Notes: generated by a model not told the origin, from the letters alone. Counted from the first letter of the stretch, positions 28,102 through 39,700 are shown. The stretch: DNA of 53,537 nt from Nostoc sp. DedSLP01 (GCA_034530875.2 JAVRCJ020000046.1:1-53537); one strand, 5' to 3'. Program-made: numbers and translations.

Positions 28102-29352
28102 CTATTTGATATTCAAAAATGAGAATTTACCCTTAACACCATTTTGTTCCATTTTCAATTGTGCAACATAAAACTCTTTTTGATCCACATCGCCCGTTGC
28201 TGTAAAAGAAATTTCACCAAGAGGAGTTTGATATTTTCCTTTTAATAACTCCTGATTCAATTGTTGACGCAAATCTGCCAGCGATAAGTTACTAATTTTA
28301 CTTTTTTTATCTAAAGATTGGAGAGCTTCTACATATACTTGCATTGCTGCAAAAGCTTGGGCACTAACTTGGGGTGGTTCTCTTTGATATTGTTCAATAT
28401 AGGCTTTACGAAATGCCTTGTTAATTTCACTAGGATATACAGGACTATATGCTTGAGCAACAATCACACCTTCACAAAGCGCCCTACACACAGAAAATAT
28501 ATGCGATGTATTAAAACCATTACCACCAATAATTATTCCTTTGTAACCAAGTTCTCGTAATTGTTTAACTAAATTTCCTCCATCTACGGCTAACCCAGAT
28601 ATAATTACTAAATCTGGTTTTAAATTAATAGCATCGCTGGCTTGAGCTTGAAAGTCTGTATCTGTAGTTTGAAATTTTTGGACTGTGACTAAATTTAATC
28701 CTAAATCTTTAACTGTCTTTTGAAAAATTTCAGTTTCTGACTTATTGAAAGCATCATTTTGAGCGTAAAATACGGCTACTCTTTTAATTTTAGGATTTTG
28801 TTGCAGTGCAGCTTTCACAGAATAAGGAGCAACCACAGCTACAGATGAAGAAACACGAGCAACATAATCACCGATTTCAGGAATGTTTTTAGCGGTATTT
28901 GATGCTCCAATCACGGGAACTTTATTGCGTTCTGCTATGGGGTCGGCGCTAAAAGCTTGTTGTGATAAAGTAGGGCCAACTATACCAACAACTTTATCTT
29001 GATTAATTAAAGTTTGAAAAGCATTAATTGCTCCAGCTTCATCACCACCAGTATCTTGAAATATTAATTTAATTGGTTTACCATTAATACCTCCTTTGTT
29101 ATTAAAATACTTTTCGGCAATTTTTACACCATCAGTTCCCTCTTGGCCGAGTAATGCCACATTACTTGTTTGGGCAAAAGCTATTCCTATGGGAATAAAA
29201 TTAGATGTATTTGTTGCTAGTTGATTTGGAATATCCGGTTTAGGAATACCATCTTTCCCGCAGGAAATTAATAGCACAGAGCAGATAAATAAGAATGCAG
29301 TGTGATGAGCGATCGCATTTTTCATAGACGCATAAATTTTATATTTTTCCAA
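28102..29352 (-). CDS. Branched-chain amino-acid ABC transporter substrate-binding lipoprotein
   Basis: Lipobox LISC; GGINGKPI, GPTLSQQ, DFQAQ, PDLVII motifs; no permease genes adjacent. Confidence 0.88.
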   Translation of the reverse strand: MEKYKIYASMKNAIAHHTAFLFICSVLLISCGKDGIPKPDIPNQLATNTSNFIPIGIAFAQTSNVALLGQEGTDGVKIAEKYFNNKGGINGKPIKLIFQDTGGDEAGAINAFQTLINQDKVVGIVGPTLSQQAFSADPIAERNKVPVIGASNTAKNIPEIGDYVARVSSSVAVVAPYSVKAALQQNPKIKRVAVFYAQNDAFNKSETEIFQKTVKDLGLNLVTVQKFQTTDTDFQAQASDAINLKPDLVIISGLAVDGGNLVKQLRELGYKGIIIGGNGFNTSHIFSVCRALCEGVIVAQAYSPVYPSEINKAFRKAYIEQYQREPPQVSAQAFAAMQVYVEALQSLDKKSKISNLSLADLRQQLNQELLKGKYQTPLGEISFTATGDVDQKEFYVAQLKMEQNGVKGKFSFLNIK

Positions 29353-29414
29353 TTAATTTCTTTAACTAATATGGTGCGTTATGTTTTTTTAGCATAACGC
29401 ACCATATTAGTTAT

Positions 29415-30182
29415 TTACTTCTTATTCCAGAGATTAATAAACTCCTTATAAATGGCTGGGGTTATCTGACTTTGTAAGTGATTGAGTGCATCACGATGAT
29501 TGAAATTACTATCATCATAATAAGTGAAAACATTTGTAAGCTTTACAATTTCAGGATTTTGATCGTTTGTCCCCCTCCACTTATTAGTAACTTTTTGTAA
29601 AACATCCTTGGGTAGGTTTTGTTGCAAATTATTTAGTGCTGCAATATAAGAAGGATTTTTAGGATTCTTTTTAAATTGCAAGCACAAATCTATCAGCTTA
29701 ATTTGAGTCTCAGGCTGAGGTTTAGGCGGTGTCAGAGTTGGTTGCTGTAGAATTTGACGCTGTTCAGCATTAGCAATGCCATTTTCAGTTAGACCTAGAG
29801 ATTTCTGAAATTTCCTTACAGCTTTATAAGTGGCTGGGCCATAAAAAGGCTTATCTGAAGGAATTTCTGCATTAGTTGCAAAACCATGAAACTTCAATCT
29901 ATTCTGAAGACCTGTGATTATATCTTCCATCACTTCTCTAGTTGCAGCATCAGCGTTACCATTAACCGTAAGTTTGTTTGGGTATTGTTTTTGAAACTTT
30001 TTAATGGCTTCTTCGGTAGCATCGTCTGTTAAAGAATTGTTATTCCTTTTCCAAGGAGCAAATTGAGGATCTGGGTTAGGATCGATTTCCGGTGCTAAAT
30101 ATCCCAGTCCAATCAATATATGACGGATGACTTGAGGGCTATAAACAGCCATACTTTTTGCTTCCTCTACTACTAAATTCAA
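29415..30182 (-). CDS. Peptidoglycan-binding domain protein with two C-terminal helical repeats (start probably ATG 30152)
   Basis: Two PG_binding_1-like units (TEEAIKKFQ; YGPATYKAVRKFQKSLGL..NG) and two KL…AL..LQ…W repeats. Confidence 0.8.
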   Translation of the reverse strand: MNLVVEEAKSMAVYSPQVIRHILIGLGYLAPEIDPNPDPQFAPWKRNNNSLTDDATEEAIKKFQKQYPNKLTVNGNADAATREVMEDIITGLQNRLKFHGFATNAEIPSDKPFYGPATYKAVRKFQKSLGLTENGIANAEQRQILQQPTLTPPKPQPETQIKLIDLCLQFKKNPKNPSYIAALNNLQQNLPKDVLQKVTNKWRGTNDQNPEIVKLTNVFTYYDDSNFNHRDALNHLQSQITPAIYKEFINLWNKK

Positions 30183-30273
30183 GCTGACGTATTGTATTTT
30201 ACAAAAAATAAATAGGGGTGCAAGCTATACACCCCTACGAATTGCTTAAGACAATATAATGATATTAAGTGGT

Positions 30274-30660
30274 TTAATTGCTCTGTGCTAATTTTTTCTG
30301 TGCAGCACGTTTCAAGCGAGTTTTTATGCTTTTGCGGATGCGATCGCTTTTACGAACACCACCCGCCATCATATATTCGCAGCTATCTGTGCCGTATTTC
30401 GCGGCAACTCCTAGCAGCATTCTCCCCGTTAAAGTATTCAATTCTTTCTCTAACTCATTCAACTCAATTCGCAAAGCATCAAGTGCTGCTAAAGCCTTGT
30501 TATAAGCAGCAATTTCGTTACGTAAATTTTCAATTAGTTCTGTGAAATTTTTTAAGCTAATACCATTACCAAAATCTAGGTTTGGATCGATTTCCTTTAA
30601 TCCAGCAGCCCTTAACTCAGCTTTTTCTAAAACACGAGATTTTTGTTTTTCCCTAACCAT
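30274..30660 (-). CDS. Conserved hypothetical coiled-coil protein
   Basis: IDPNLDFGNG…KYG.DS.EY..AGG.RKS pattern of a cyanobacterial family of unknown function. Confidence 0.7.
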   Translation of the reverse strand: MVREKQKSRVLEKAELRAAGLKEIDPNLDFGNGISLKNFTELIENLRNEIAAYNKALAALDALRIELNELEKELNTLTGRMLLGVAAKYGTDSCEYMMAGGVRKSDRIRKSIKTRLKRAAQKKLAQSN

Positions 30661-31035
30661 AAATTGATTCCTATCACAGAAGTATAATAATAGTTTGCCT
30701 GACCGAAACTATTTATTGGCTCAGCATAATCCACAAATAATATCAATTCAAAATTGAAAATGACCCTCGTAGAGTCACTAACGCTGGGCTAACAAAATTT
30801 AAAATTAAGAAAACTAAATATCACAAGGGTTTGAGCTTACGTATCTGTCGCGTTCTTTTTTTAAATTGATATAATTGTATTTTTTATGTACAGCTAAAAG
30901 GTTAGCGATCGCAATAACTGCTTTTGTCCGCCGAGATTTTTTTAATCAATGATTAAGCGCACATGATATCATGCGGTGATTGCAGCGATGTCTACGACGG
31001 GCTATGCCTACGCCTTTTATCTAGCTCAGCCCCTT

Positions 31036-31797
31036 TTACGGCAATCTCTTATCTTTGATTTGTTGAGATGTAGCTTCCATAAAATTGATAAAAACCTGGA
31101 TGATTTTATGGATTCCCTCGCTACCACCTGCAATTAAACCTCCTGTTAATAACGCATCTAAAGAACGAAAAATCACTACTTGGATTTGATTATTTAAATC
31201 AATAACTACTAATGGCTCGATTGTACGAATACCAATTGCGCTGATTAAAAGACCGAATAAAAGCGATGTCCATAGAGCAATTGTTCGCGTATCTGCCTTA
31301 TAAGCTGCTCTTTGGCGTTCTTTTGCATTTAAATCGTCAAATTCTGGTTTAATTACTAATAATACTTGTTCTTGACTTTGAATAAAATTTTGAATAATTT
31401 GCTGTTCTAAACTCATTCCTTCTGGAGGCAAAATGCTGGAGATATTAGAGGAATAATCAGTTTTTTGAGTTTGCGATTTTTGCTCTTTCGCTAGTTTGAG
31501 TTTTTCATCAATTAGAGTTTTCTGTCTTTGAATTTCAATATCTAGCGCCTCAATAAATGGGCTGCGCCAAGTAGTAATAAAAACTTCTAAGGAACGTTCT
31601 AACAACAAAGAAATAAACAATGGCAGTGTCAGTAATTGTATAATATCGTTCAGCCCAAATTGTTTAAACGTAAATGGTTGAGATGATAACCAAGTTGACA
31701 AAGTTACTATGAGAAAACTAATAACGATTAACACAAAAAATAGAGGAGATTCAGAAGAAAGCCTGAGCAACGTTGCTATACTCCTGTTGGGCGTCAC
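31036..31797 (-). CDS. Membrane protein of unknown function
   Basis: About 4 hydrophobic segments and a coiled coil; LTGGLIAGGSEGIH. Confidence 0.65.
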   Translation of the reverse strand: MTPNRSIATLLRLSSESPLFFVLIVISFLIVTLSTWLSSQPFTFKQFGLNDIIQLLTLPLFISLLLERSLEVFITTWRSPFIEALDIEIQRQKTLIDEKLKLAKEQKSQTQKTDYSSNISSILPPEGMSLEQQIIQNFIQSQEQVLLVIKPEFDDLNAKERQRAAYKADTRTIALWTSLLFGLLISAIGIRTIEPLVVIDLNNQIQVVIFRSLDALLTGGLIAGGSEGIHKIIQVFINFMEATSQQIKDKRLP

Positions 31798-32047
31798 AAT
31801 ATCAGATGAGAATTACACCTGCTGAGTAACTTAACAAGGTTAATTTGAGAGAACAGTAAATAATTTCTGATGCAAGCCTTTTCTTTAAGAATGCCATCAG
31901 CTAGGCACGCTGTGTTTGGGTATGAGCGATGGTGCGGTGCGATCGCCAACTATAGACTATCGAATACGCCCATCCATGTCAACTTCAACCAAAAGTATAA
32001 ATTTTGCCCTTACCATTAACTTATGGCAAGTTTAACAAGAGTTACCT

Positions 32048-32148
32048 AATTCGGGTTTACCGTACCTAAAAATTCGCGTTAACCGTAACGTTTTTTCGTA
32101 TTAATTTGGTGCGGTAATCCTCATTTATCAGGTGATAATAACCGAATT
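32048..32148 (+). promoter_or_regulatory. Repeated CG-N-CCGTA pseudo-palindromic boxes upstream of hspA
   Basis: AATTCGGGTTTACCGTA (32048) and AATTCGCGTTAACCGTA (32071), with weaker copies downstream. Confidence 0.45.
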
Positions 32149-32241
32149 TACAGCATTGAAAACTAAACATAATATCAAAAGTAAGCACACAGGCAAGTGC
32201 GCAAACAAATAAACAAAAGCTAATTCATACGAGGAAGAGTT

Positions 32242-32694
32242 ATGGCAGTAGTTCGTTGGAATCCCTGGAGAGAAATTGACACTCTACAACGTCAAATTAA
32301 CAACTTGTTTGAAGAAACTGTAGCACCATCTGGCTCATACGACAGAAACTTAGTTAGAGTTCCGGCCGCAGAATTACAAGAAACTGAAGATGCAATTCAT
32401 CTTAAGCTAGAACTACCAGGAATGTCAGCTAAAGACTTAGATATTCAAGTCACTGAAGATGCTGTTCACATTAGCGGCGAACGTAAATCTGAAACTAAAA
32501 CCGAACAAAAAGGTACTATTAAGAGCGAATTTTACTACGGACAATTTCAACGTGTAATTCCTTTATCTGCTAGAGTTCAAAATACCAAAGTGACTGCTGA
32601 ATACAAAGATGGTATTTTGAGCCTGACACTACCTAAAGCCGATAGAGAAAGAAACAAAGTTGTGAAAATTAATCTTGAACAACCAACTAGCTAA
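32242..32694 (+). CDS. hspA: Small heat-shock protein Hsp20
   Basis: Alpha-crystallin motifs ELPG, ISGER, YGQFQR, YKDGILSLTLPK. Confidence 0.93.
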   Translation: MAVVRWNPWREIDTLQRQINNLFEETVAPSGSYDRNLVRVPAAELQETEDAIHLKLELPGMSAKDLDIQVTEDAVHISGERKSETKTEQKGTIKSEFYYGQFQRVIPLSARVQNTKVTAEYKDGILSLTLPKADRERNKVVKINLEQPTS

Positions 32695-32742
32695 TTAGTT
32701 ACGAGTAAATTACTCTACCTCCTTTGATAGATTCAAGTTGCT

Positions 32743-32776
32743 AAAAGCCCGGTTACAAGAGTGACCGGGCTTTCTT
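32743..32776. terminator. Intrinsic terminator between convergent genes
   Basis: AAAAGCCCGGTTAC-AAGA-GTGACCGGGCTTTC. Confidence 0.8.
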
Positions 32777-32841
32777 GTAATATTTCCCCTTTCCCCTTTC
32801 CCCCGGTTGCGTTGCCTTGCCGTACTACTAGTTTCGCTCAA

Positions 32842-33033
32842 TTATTGGATGATATCGCCAACTTTAAAAGTTTGCCCTTGTACTGTTACTTCGTCGCTTA
32901 AGACTAATTGCCGTCCTCGTCTAGTTTCAACTGTGCCATTGACTTTAACATTACCATCAACAATCATCAGTTTGGCTTGTCCTCCAGTTGGGGCTATACC
33001 CAACAACTTTAAAAATTGGTCGAGTTTAATCAT
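32842..33033 (-). CDS. S4-domain RNA-binding protein (YbcJ/YaaA-like)
   Basis: IKLDQFLK…TGGQAK…VKVNG.VETRRG. Confidence 0.9.
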   Translation of the reverse strand: MIKLDQFLKLLGIAPTGGQAKLMIVDGNVKVNGTVETRRGRQLVLSDEVTVQGQTFKVGDIIQ

Positions 33034-33387
33034 GTTGTCACTAGTTAGGGCGTGAAATAATCATACTACGCGTTTTTATTATTTTCCTTGATGAATCAAG
33101 GTGCTTGTACGTAATTTAATTACGAATCGCGTTGCTATTTTTACTTTATAAATAGCCTATAAACGAATTTGATGCTTTGAACATAGTTCATTGCAACCAC
33201 CTTCGTTAGCACCAATGTAGTACATACCAAAACTGCAATCATCCATTGCGTCTACGACTCTGGTATCCCAACGACCAGAACCTTTTTGAGCATAAGAAAA
33301 CTTTTCCCCTAATTCTCCCCTTTCTATTTTTAAACTACTAAAACTTGCTAAAACTAATTACGCTTTACCTGAATTCAGGATTACCTT

Positions 33388-33780
33388 ATGAAATTCTCTA
33401 TCTTGTTAGATTCTTTACTGCTTGTTGCTTCAATTACTCTTATGCCTGGAATTGGTGCTGCACAAACAGTTGCTACTAACGCTGATGAACCAATAGTTAT
33501 TAACTCGAACAAATCAACCAGTAATTCTAGTAGCATTAATCACTTTGAGCCTTTTGAACTTGTTGCTTATGCGTACCAAGGAGGTCTTTTACAACATGGT
33601 ATTCCCAGTGGTGGAACGCTAGTGATTAAAACACTCAGTAGCAATATCCTTGCAAAAGATTTGGTCATAGCTGCCGTAAATGCCAAGAAATTACAAACAC
33701 AAGTTTTGGATGACCAAAACTATCTTAATGCTGTGAGTTCCGAACTGATAGCATTGCCCGATCGCGCTGCTGCTGATTGA
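33388..33780 (+). CDS. Secreted hypothetical protein
   Basis: Signal peptide; PFELV..AYQG…GIPS motif. Confidence 0.65.
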   Translation: MKFSILLDSLLLVASITLMPGIGAAQTVATNADEPIVINSNKSTSNSSSINHFEPFELVAYAYQGGLLQHGIPSGGTLVIKTLSSNILAKDLVIAAVNAKKLQTQVLDDQNYLNAVSSELIALPDRAAAD

Positions 33781-34010
33781 TAATAGTAAAAACTAATTAG
33801 TAATTCATAATTAAGAAATTCATATTGTATCTAGGTTTCTGGGTTTTACATTAGTATTAGAAAAAAGCCTATTTATTGGCTAAAACAGGGCTGTCCAGTT
33901 GAGTGTAAAAATTCTTAAAATAGCTAAGTAGTATAGTACTGATATACTAAAATGGGTAATTGCTTAGTGCGATCGCCCGTTAAAATAAAGCACTATTCAA
34001 CACAGGTGCT

Positions 34011-36188
34011 ATGCCCAAACGCCTCCTTGTTGTAGAATCTCCCGGAAAAGTCAAAAAACTTAGTCAAATCCTGGGTTCAGAGTGGATTGTTCGCGCTAGC
34101 TGCGGCCATATCCGCGAACTCAGCGATGAAGGTGAAGATTCGTTGGGTTTCAGTATGGATGGCAGTCGGGTCAAGTGCAACTATATTCCCCGCGACCAAC
34201 GAGCAAAAGAAACGATTCAGCAACTAAAAGCCGCAGTTAAACAAGTTGATGAAGTTGTGATTGCAACCGACCCAGACCGAGAGGGAGAAACAATCGCTTG
34301 GCATATTAAAGAAGTCCTGGGATTAAAAGAACCAAAACGAGTAATTTATACAGAAATTACAGCATCAGCTGTTCGAGAAGCGATCGCCAAACCCAGAAAA
34401 CTAGATTTAGACTTAGTAGGTGCGGGATTATGCCGCGATTGTCTCGATAAGTTAGTCGGCTATAAGGGAAGTCCTCTAGTTTGGGCATTAAACAATGGTG
34501 CAAAAAGTGTCGGTCGCGTTCAAAGTGCCACCTTGCACTTAATTTGTCAGCGCGAAAAAGAAATTCAAACATTTGTACCCCAAGACTACTGGAGTGTATG
34601 GGTAGATTACGCCGAAGGATTTCGGGCTTTCTACAAAGGAACGGTGAATTCTGACTCAGACACACCAGAACAAAAACCTGAAACTGATGATGATGCCGCA
34701 ACAAATACTACGCAAGTTCCAGAAAGCAAGCGCGTTCTATCTGAAGCAGAAGCAAACAGGTTAGTTGAAGAAGCACGCCGCCATCCCCATCAGGTTATTA
34801 AGTTTGAAGGGAAAATAGTTTATCGCCAACCGCCTCCTCCATTCACAACTTCTACCCTGCAACAAGCAGCCGGTTCCAAGCTGAGATTTTCTCCAGACAA
34901 AACCATGCAAGTTGCCCAAAAGCTTTATGAGGCAGGGTTAATTACATATATGCGAACAGATTCGGTGATGTTAAGTGCCGAATTTTGTGCTAGTGCGCGT
35001 AAATGGTTAGAGCAAAATGACCCGCAGAATGTACCGCAGTCTTTAGCTAAACATCGCAGTGCTAAATCTGCTCAAGAAGCACATGAAGCTATTCGCCCAA
35101 CAGATGTTTTCCGTCCTTCAGTACAGTTACGAGAAGAACTCCCAACTGATGAGTTTAACTTGTATGTAATGATTTGGAAACGGGCGATCGCTTCTCAATG
35201 TCGTGCAGCGCAACTCCGCAAAACTCAAGTCATCACTCAATCAGGAAATCTCCTGTGGCTGTGTAACGGACAAGTAGTTGAGTTCTACGGTTATGCCCGG
35301 TACTGGAATAATATCAGCAAAGATACAGTTATACCCCAGTTGCAACAGGGACAGATACTCACCTTAAAAGATGCAAAACACGAGAAGAAGCAAACACAAC
35401 CGCCGCCTCGATACAGCGAACCGAAACTGGTGCAACTAATGGAACGTAAAGGTATCGGTCGCCCCAGTACATACGCCCCCACTGTCGCCACCTTGAAAAA
35501 GCGGGATTACGTGCAGTTAACAAAAGATAGTTTGCAACCAACGGCTTTGGGGTTAGAAGTTGATGCTTTTTTACAGAAAGCCTTACCGGATCTATTAGAG
35601 GCGGAATTTACCGCTAAGATGGAAGATGCTTTAGATGCGATCGCAGTTGGCAAACAAGGCTGGCAACAATATTTAAGTACTTGGAATCAAGAATACTTTG
35701 CCCCCGCTTTAGCAAAAGCCAAAACCGTCGCCGTGAGTTCTGCATCTCCAAACAAAGCTTTTTCAGGACGAGAACGCAAACAAGAAACTTCCAAAACTCG
35801 CTGTCCTGAATGCAAAAATTTTCTCGCAAAAATTCCCAGTAGTAAAGTCAAAAAGAAATACTTCCTCAAATGTGTTAGCGGCTGTGAAAACATCGTCCTT
35901 TTTTGGAGTGACATCAACAAAACTTGGGAACAACCTCGAAATAAAGTATCCAAGGATGAAAGTATTGCAAAACCTCCAGCGAAATTAAGTTCGTATTCTT
36001 GTCCGGTATGTAAAAAACCATTAGAGGAATACAGTTATATTAAAGACGGACAGAATAAAACAATGCTACGCTGTTCTAATCCCCAATCCCGTCAGGACAA
36101 AAAACATCAGGATGTGGCTTATTTTTCTACACAAAAAGGGTGGTGGAGTCCTAAGTTCGGTGAATTGAATAAAGAATGCAACAAATAG
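34011..36188 (+). CDS. topA: Type IA DNA topoisomerase with C-terminal Zn ribbons
   Basis: VVESPGK, TDPDREGE, GRVQS, ITYMRTD (catalytic Tyr), AHEAIRPT, GIGRPSTY; CPEC and CPVC. Confidence 0.92.
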   Translation: MPKRLLVVESPGKVKKLSQILGSEWIVRASCGHIRELSDEGEDSLGFSMDGSRVKCNYIPRDQRAKETIQQLKAAVKQVDEVVIATDPDREGETIAWHIKEVLGLKEPKRVIYTEITASAVREAIAKPRKLDLDLVGAGLCRDCLDKLVGYKGSPLVWALNNGAKSVGRVQSATLHLICQREKEIQTFVPQDYWSVWVDYAEGFRAFYKGTVNSDSDTPEQKPETDDDAATNTTQVPESKRVLSEAEANRLVEEARRHPHQVIKFEGKIVYRQPPPPFTTSTLQQAAGSKLRFSPDKTMQVAQKLYEAGLITYMRTDSVMLSAEFCASARKWLEQNDPQNVPQSLAKHRSAKSAQEAHEAIRPTDVFRPSVQLREELPTDEFNLYVMIWKRAIASQCRAAQLRKTQVITQSGNLLWLCNGQVVEFYGYARYWNNISKDTVIPQLQQGQILTLKDAKHEKKQTQPPPRYSEPKLVQLMERKGIGRPSTYAPTVATLKKRDYVQLTKDSLQPTALGLEVDAFLQKALPDLLEAEFTAKMEDALDAIAVGKQGWQQYLSTWNQEYFAPALAKAKTVAVSSASPNKAFSGRERKQETSKTRCPECKNFLAKIPSSKVKKKYFLKCVSGCENIVLFWSDINKTWEQPRNKVSKDESIAKPPAKLSSYSCPVCKKPLEEYSYIKDGQNKTMLRCSNPQSRQDKKHQDVAYFSTQKGWWSPKFGELNKECNK

Positions 36189-36326
36189 ACCGCTTCTAGA
36201 GACGCGATTCATCGCGTCTTAACTTAACTGTTAAGTAGACAGACATAATTAAATGTAATATCCAAAGGAGCGAAACCTTTTACTATTGAGGGTTTTACCT
36301 CCTGCCCCCTGCCTCCTGCCTTCTAC

Positions 36327-36626
36327 TTAGTAATCTTGTTTGTTAGTACTTGAGCGAATGGCTTTGTCGAGATCCCTTAACAAGTCTTCTTCTGCGTCGC
36401 GTTCTTGCTTGAGTTCTCGAATCATTTCCTGACTTGAACCAATCACTAAGCCGGCAACTACACCAATAATGGCGTATTTTCGATCCAAATCTTTATACAT
36501 TTGGCTTGTATAGGGACAAGGAAGTAAATGAGCGACGGTAAAACCTATTCCTGCGCCTAAAAATGCAGTGACGATGCCAGAGAAAGCGATCAGTTTGGCG
36601 TTCATTTGCTTGGCTCTCATGCTCAA
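36327..36626 (-). CDS. Small two-TM hypothetical protein
   Basis: Two hydrophobic helices and a charged tail. Confidence 0.6.
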   Translation of the reverse strand: MSMRAKQMNAKLIAFSGIVTAFLGAGIGFTVAHLLPCPYTSQMYKDLDRKYAIIGVVAGLVIGSSQEMIRELKQERDAEEDLLRDLDKAIRSSTNKQDY

Positions 36627-36782
36627 TATTCCCGCATTTATACGGGTCTACCTTGATTATCTGTGTAAGTGCCAAACTGACACGTTAATTTTTACCTCTT
36701 GTAATATCAAGTCAAAAAGGGCGGCCAAAATGCCCGCCCCACAAGAAAAGTTGCATGTTTTTTATTCGGAATGCATTCTTTT

Positions 36783-39700
36783 TCAATGCATTGAATCATT
36801 AGATGCCTTATCATCCGCCGTATTTTGCGCGATGGTCACAGCTGGTTTAGCTTGTGCTGTTGTTGTTTGTCCCTCTTGGTGTCTGTCTGGAGAAGACGAC
36901 CCAGAACGATTAGAAGGTTTGCGCTTTAAGAAGCGTTCTTCCAAATTTTTGATGATGACGTACAGTACCGGAACGATGAGCAAACTCAAGATTGTGGACA
37001 CGAGTAGCCCGCCAAACAATGCCGTTCCTAACGACCAGCGTGAGGCAGAACCGGCTCCTGAGGCAACCACAAGGGGGAAAAATCCCAGCAATGAGGCACT
37101 TGATGTCATGACAATCGGTCGAAATCGCTCTTGGGCGGCGGTTAAAGCTGCCTTGGGAATTGTCATGCCTTGTTCAAAGGCTTGGTTAGCAAATTCGACA
37201 ATCAAAATCGCGTTTTTCGAGGCGAGTCCGATTAACATTACTAATGCAACGTTGGCATAGACATCGTTGACTAAACCGCGTAACGACAAAGCACTCAACG
37301 CACCTAACAACGCTAACGGTACGGTTAAGAGAATAATCGCAGGGTCAATATAACTTTCATACTGAGCCGAAAGCGTTAGAAACACCATCACGATTCCGAA
37401 GCCAAAAATCAGAATCCCCAAATTACCTGCGGCTAATTCCTCGCGAGCAGTTCCAATCCAGTCGCTAGCAACGCCTGGGATTGCGGCGGCGTTCACTGAT
37501 TGCTGCATTGCTTGGATTGCTTGTCCGCTACTGTAACCCTGCGCTTCTCTACCTTGTATGCTAATGGCACGGAAGCCGTTATAGTGAGAGATGACGGCTG
37601 GGCCAGTAATCGGCGTTAGTTTTGCCACCTCACTCAATCGCACCATTTGGTTGTTTGCCGATCGCACATACAATTGACGAATATCATTTGGCGATTGTCG
37701 ATAGTCGCCCTCTGATTGAATATAAACGCGATAGCTCTGCTGTCCAAGGGTAAAATCATTTACATACTGGGAACCAACGGCAGCTGAGAGGGTGTTTACA
37801 GCTTGCTGAAAATCGACATTCAGTGCTTGCAGACGATCGCGATCGAAGTCGATTTGAAACTGGGGTGTGCTGGCAGTAAACTGTGTAAACACGCCACCTG
37901 CCAAGGCTGGTTGTTGGTTAGCTTGGGCGATTACTGCTTGGGCATTAGCAAAAAAGTCATCAATTGTCAATCTGCCGTTGGTTCGGTCTTCTAGCTGTAA
38001 CTCAAATCCACCTAAGGTACTAAAGCCTTGAATTGGTGGGGGACTGACTGCGGTGATAATCGCTTCGGGAATTGTTTGGAATGCGCCATTGATTCGCCCT
38101 AAGATAGCGGATGCACTTTGGTCTGCTTTGGTGCGTTCTTCCCAAGGTTTGAGTTTGGCAAAAAATACGCCGCGATTTGAGCCGCTACCAGCAAAGCCAA
38201 ATCCCGAAGTTGCAAAAACGTTATCAATTTCTGGTTCTTTTGCGAGAATTTGTTCGAGTTTTGTAATTACTCCATCGGTATAGCCAAGGGCAACCCCATC
38301 GGGAGCTTGAATAATTCCTAATACAATACCTTGGTCTTCACTAGGAACAAACCCTGTGGGTACTTGGGTAAACATGAAGTAAGTTGCGGCTAAACCCACC
38401 ACAAACAATCCCACGACGGCGTAACGCAGGCGAATCAGAAAATTGACGATCGCAATAAACCGTTGAATAATCCATTCCAACGTCTGATTAAATTTGTTGA
38501 AAAACCAACCTAACGGGCCGCGTTTGGGTCTTGGCGGACGCAGCAAGATTGCAGACATACTGGGACTGAAGGAAAGCGCGTTAAATGTCGAGATGGCAAT
38601 GGAGAATGCAATCACTAGGGCGAACTGCTGATACATTTTCCCGGTGGAACCTGGGAAAAATGCCACCGGAAGAAACACCGCCATCAATACCAGCGACGTT
38701 GCAACTACGGCTCCAGTCAGTTCCTCCATCGCTTCAAACGAGGCTTGTAACGGTCTAACTCCCTGTTCAATTTTGCGGGCGATCGCTTCAACAACGATAA
38801 TCGCATCATCGACGACTAATCCTGTCGCCAAGATTAATCCAAATAAAGTTAAGTTGTTGAGGGAGAATTTAAATATGTAAGCAAATGCTAATGCGCCAAT
38901 TAGCGAAACGGGAATGGCAACAATCGGAATAATTGTCGCTCGCCAGTCTTGGAGAAACAGAAAAATCACCAACACAACTAAAGCGATCGCTTCGACTAAA
39001 GTTTTCACCACTTCTTCGAGTGACGCTTGCACAAACCCAACGGTATCGTAAACAATCTGGGTTTTTAATCCTGGCGGAAACTCTTTAATCAACTCCTCCA
39101 TCTGCGCTTCAATGTTTCTCGCCACATCTAACGCATTACTTCCTGGCGACTGATAAATTGCCATACCGATGGCAGGCTTACCATTATTTCTCGCATTACT
39201 GGCGTAAGTCTCCGAGCCGAGTTCCGCACGACCTACATCTTGAAGTTTGATTAAATCCCCATTACTCCCGGCTTTAATGACAAGGTTCTCAAACTCCGAA
39301 GCATCTTTGAACTGACCGTTAACCCGCAGCGGAATTTCATAGCTTTGACCGGAGGGTACCGGTGCTTGACCCAAGGTGCCGGCACCTGCCAGGATGTTTT
39401 GCGATCGCAGTGCCGTCGCCACATCTGCCACGGTTAATTGCCGACTCGCCAAGGCATTTGGATCGAGCCACAACCGCATCGCATAGCGCTTTTCACCAAA
39501 AATCGTTAAATCCCCGACTCCCGGCGTTCGCAGCAGTTGATCCCGCAAATTTAAGTCAATATAGTTACTGATAAATAACGGGTCGTACTCATTATTTTCT
39601 GCATAAAACGTATACACTAACAAAATGCTGGTGGAAGCAGTTTGTGCTGTGACACCAAGTTGTTGTACGCTCGTTGGTAAGCGGGGCGTAGCACGGGCAA

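Noticed and set aside
30688..30716. Riboswitch upstream of the 128-aa ORF
   Set aside because: Only a short AATAGTTT/AAACTATT hairpin; no recognisable aptamer consensus.
36568..37260. 230-aa plus-strand ORF and other antisense ORFs within the RND, topA, phosphoketolase and MFS genes
   Set aside because: Shadow frames opposite well-supported genes.
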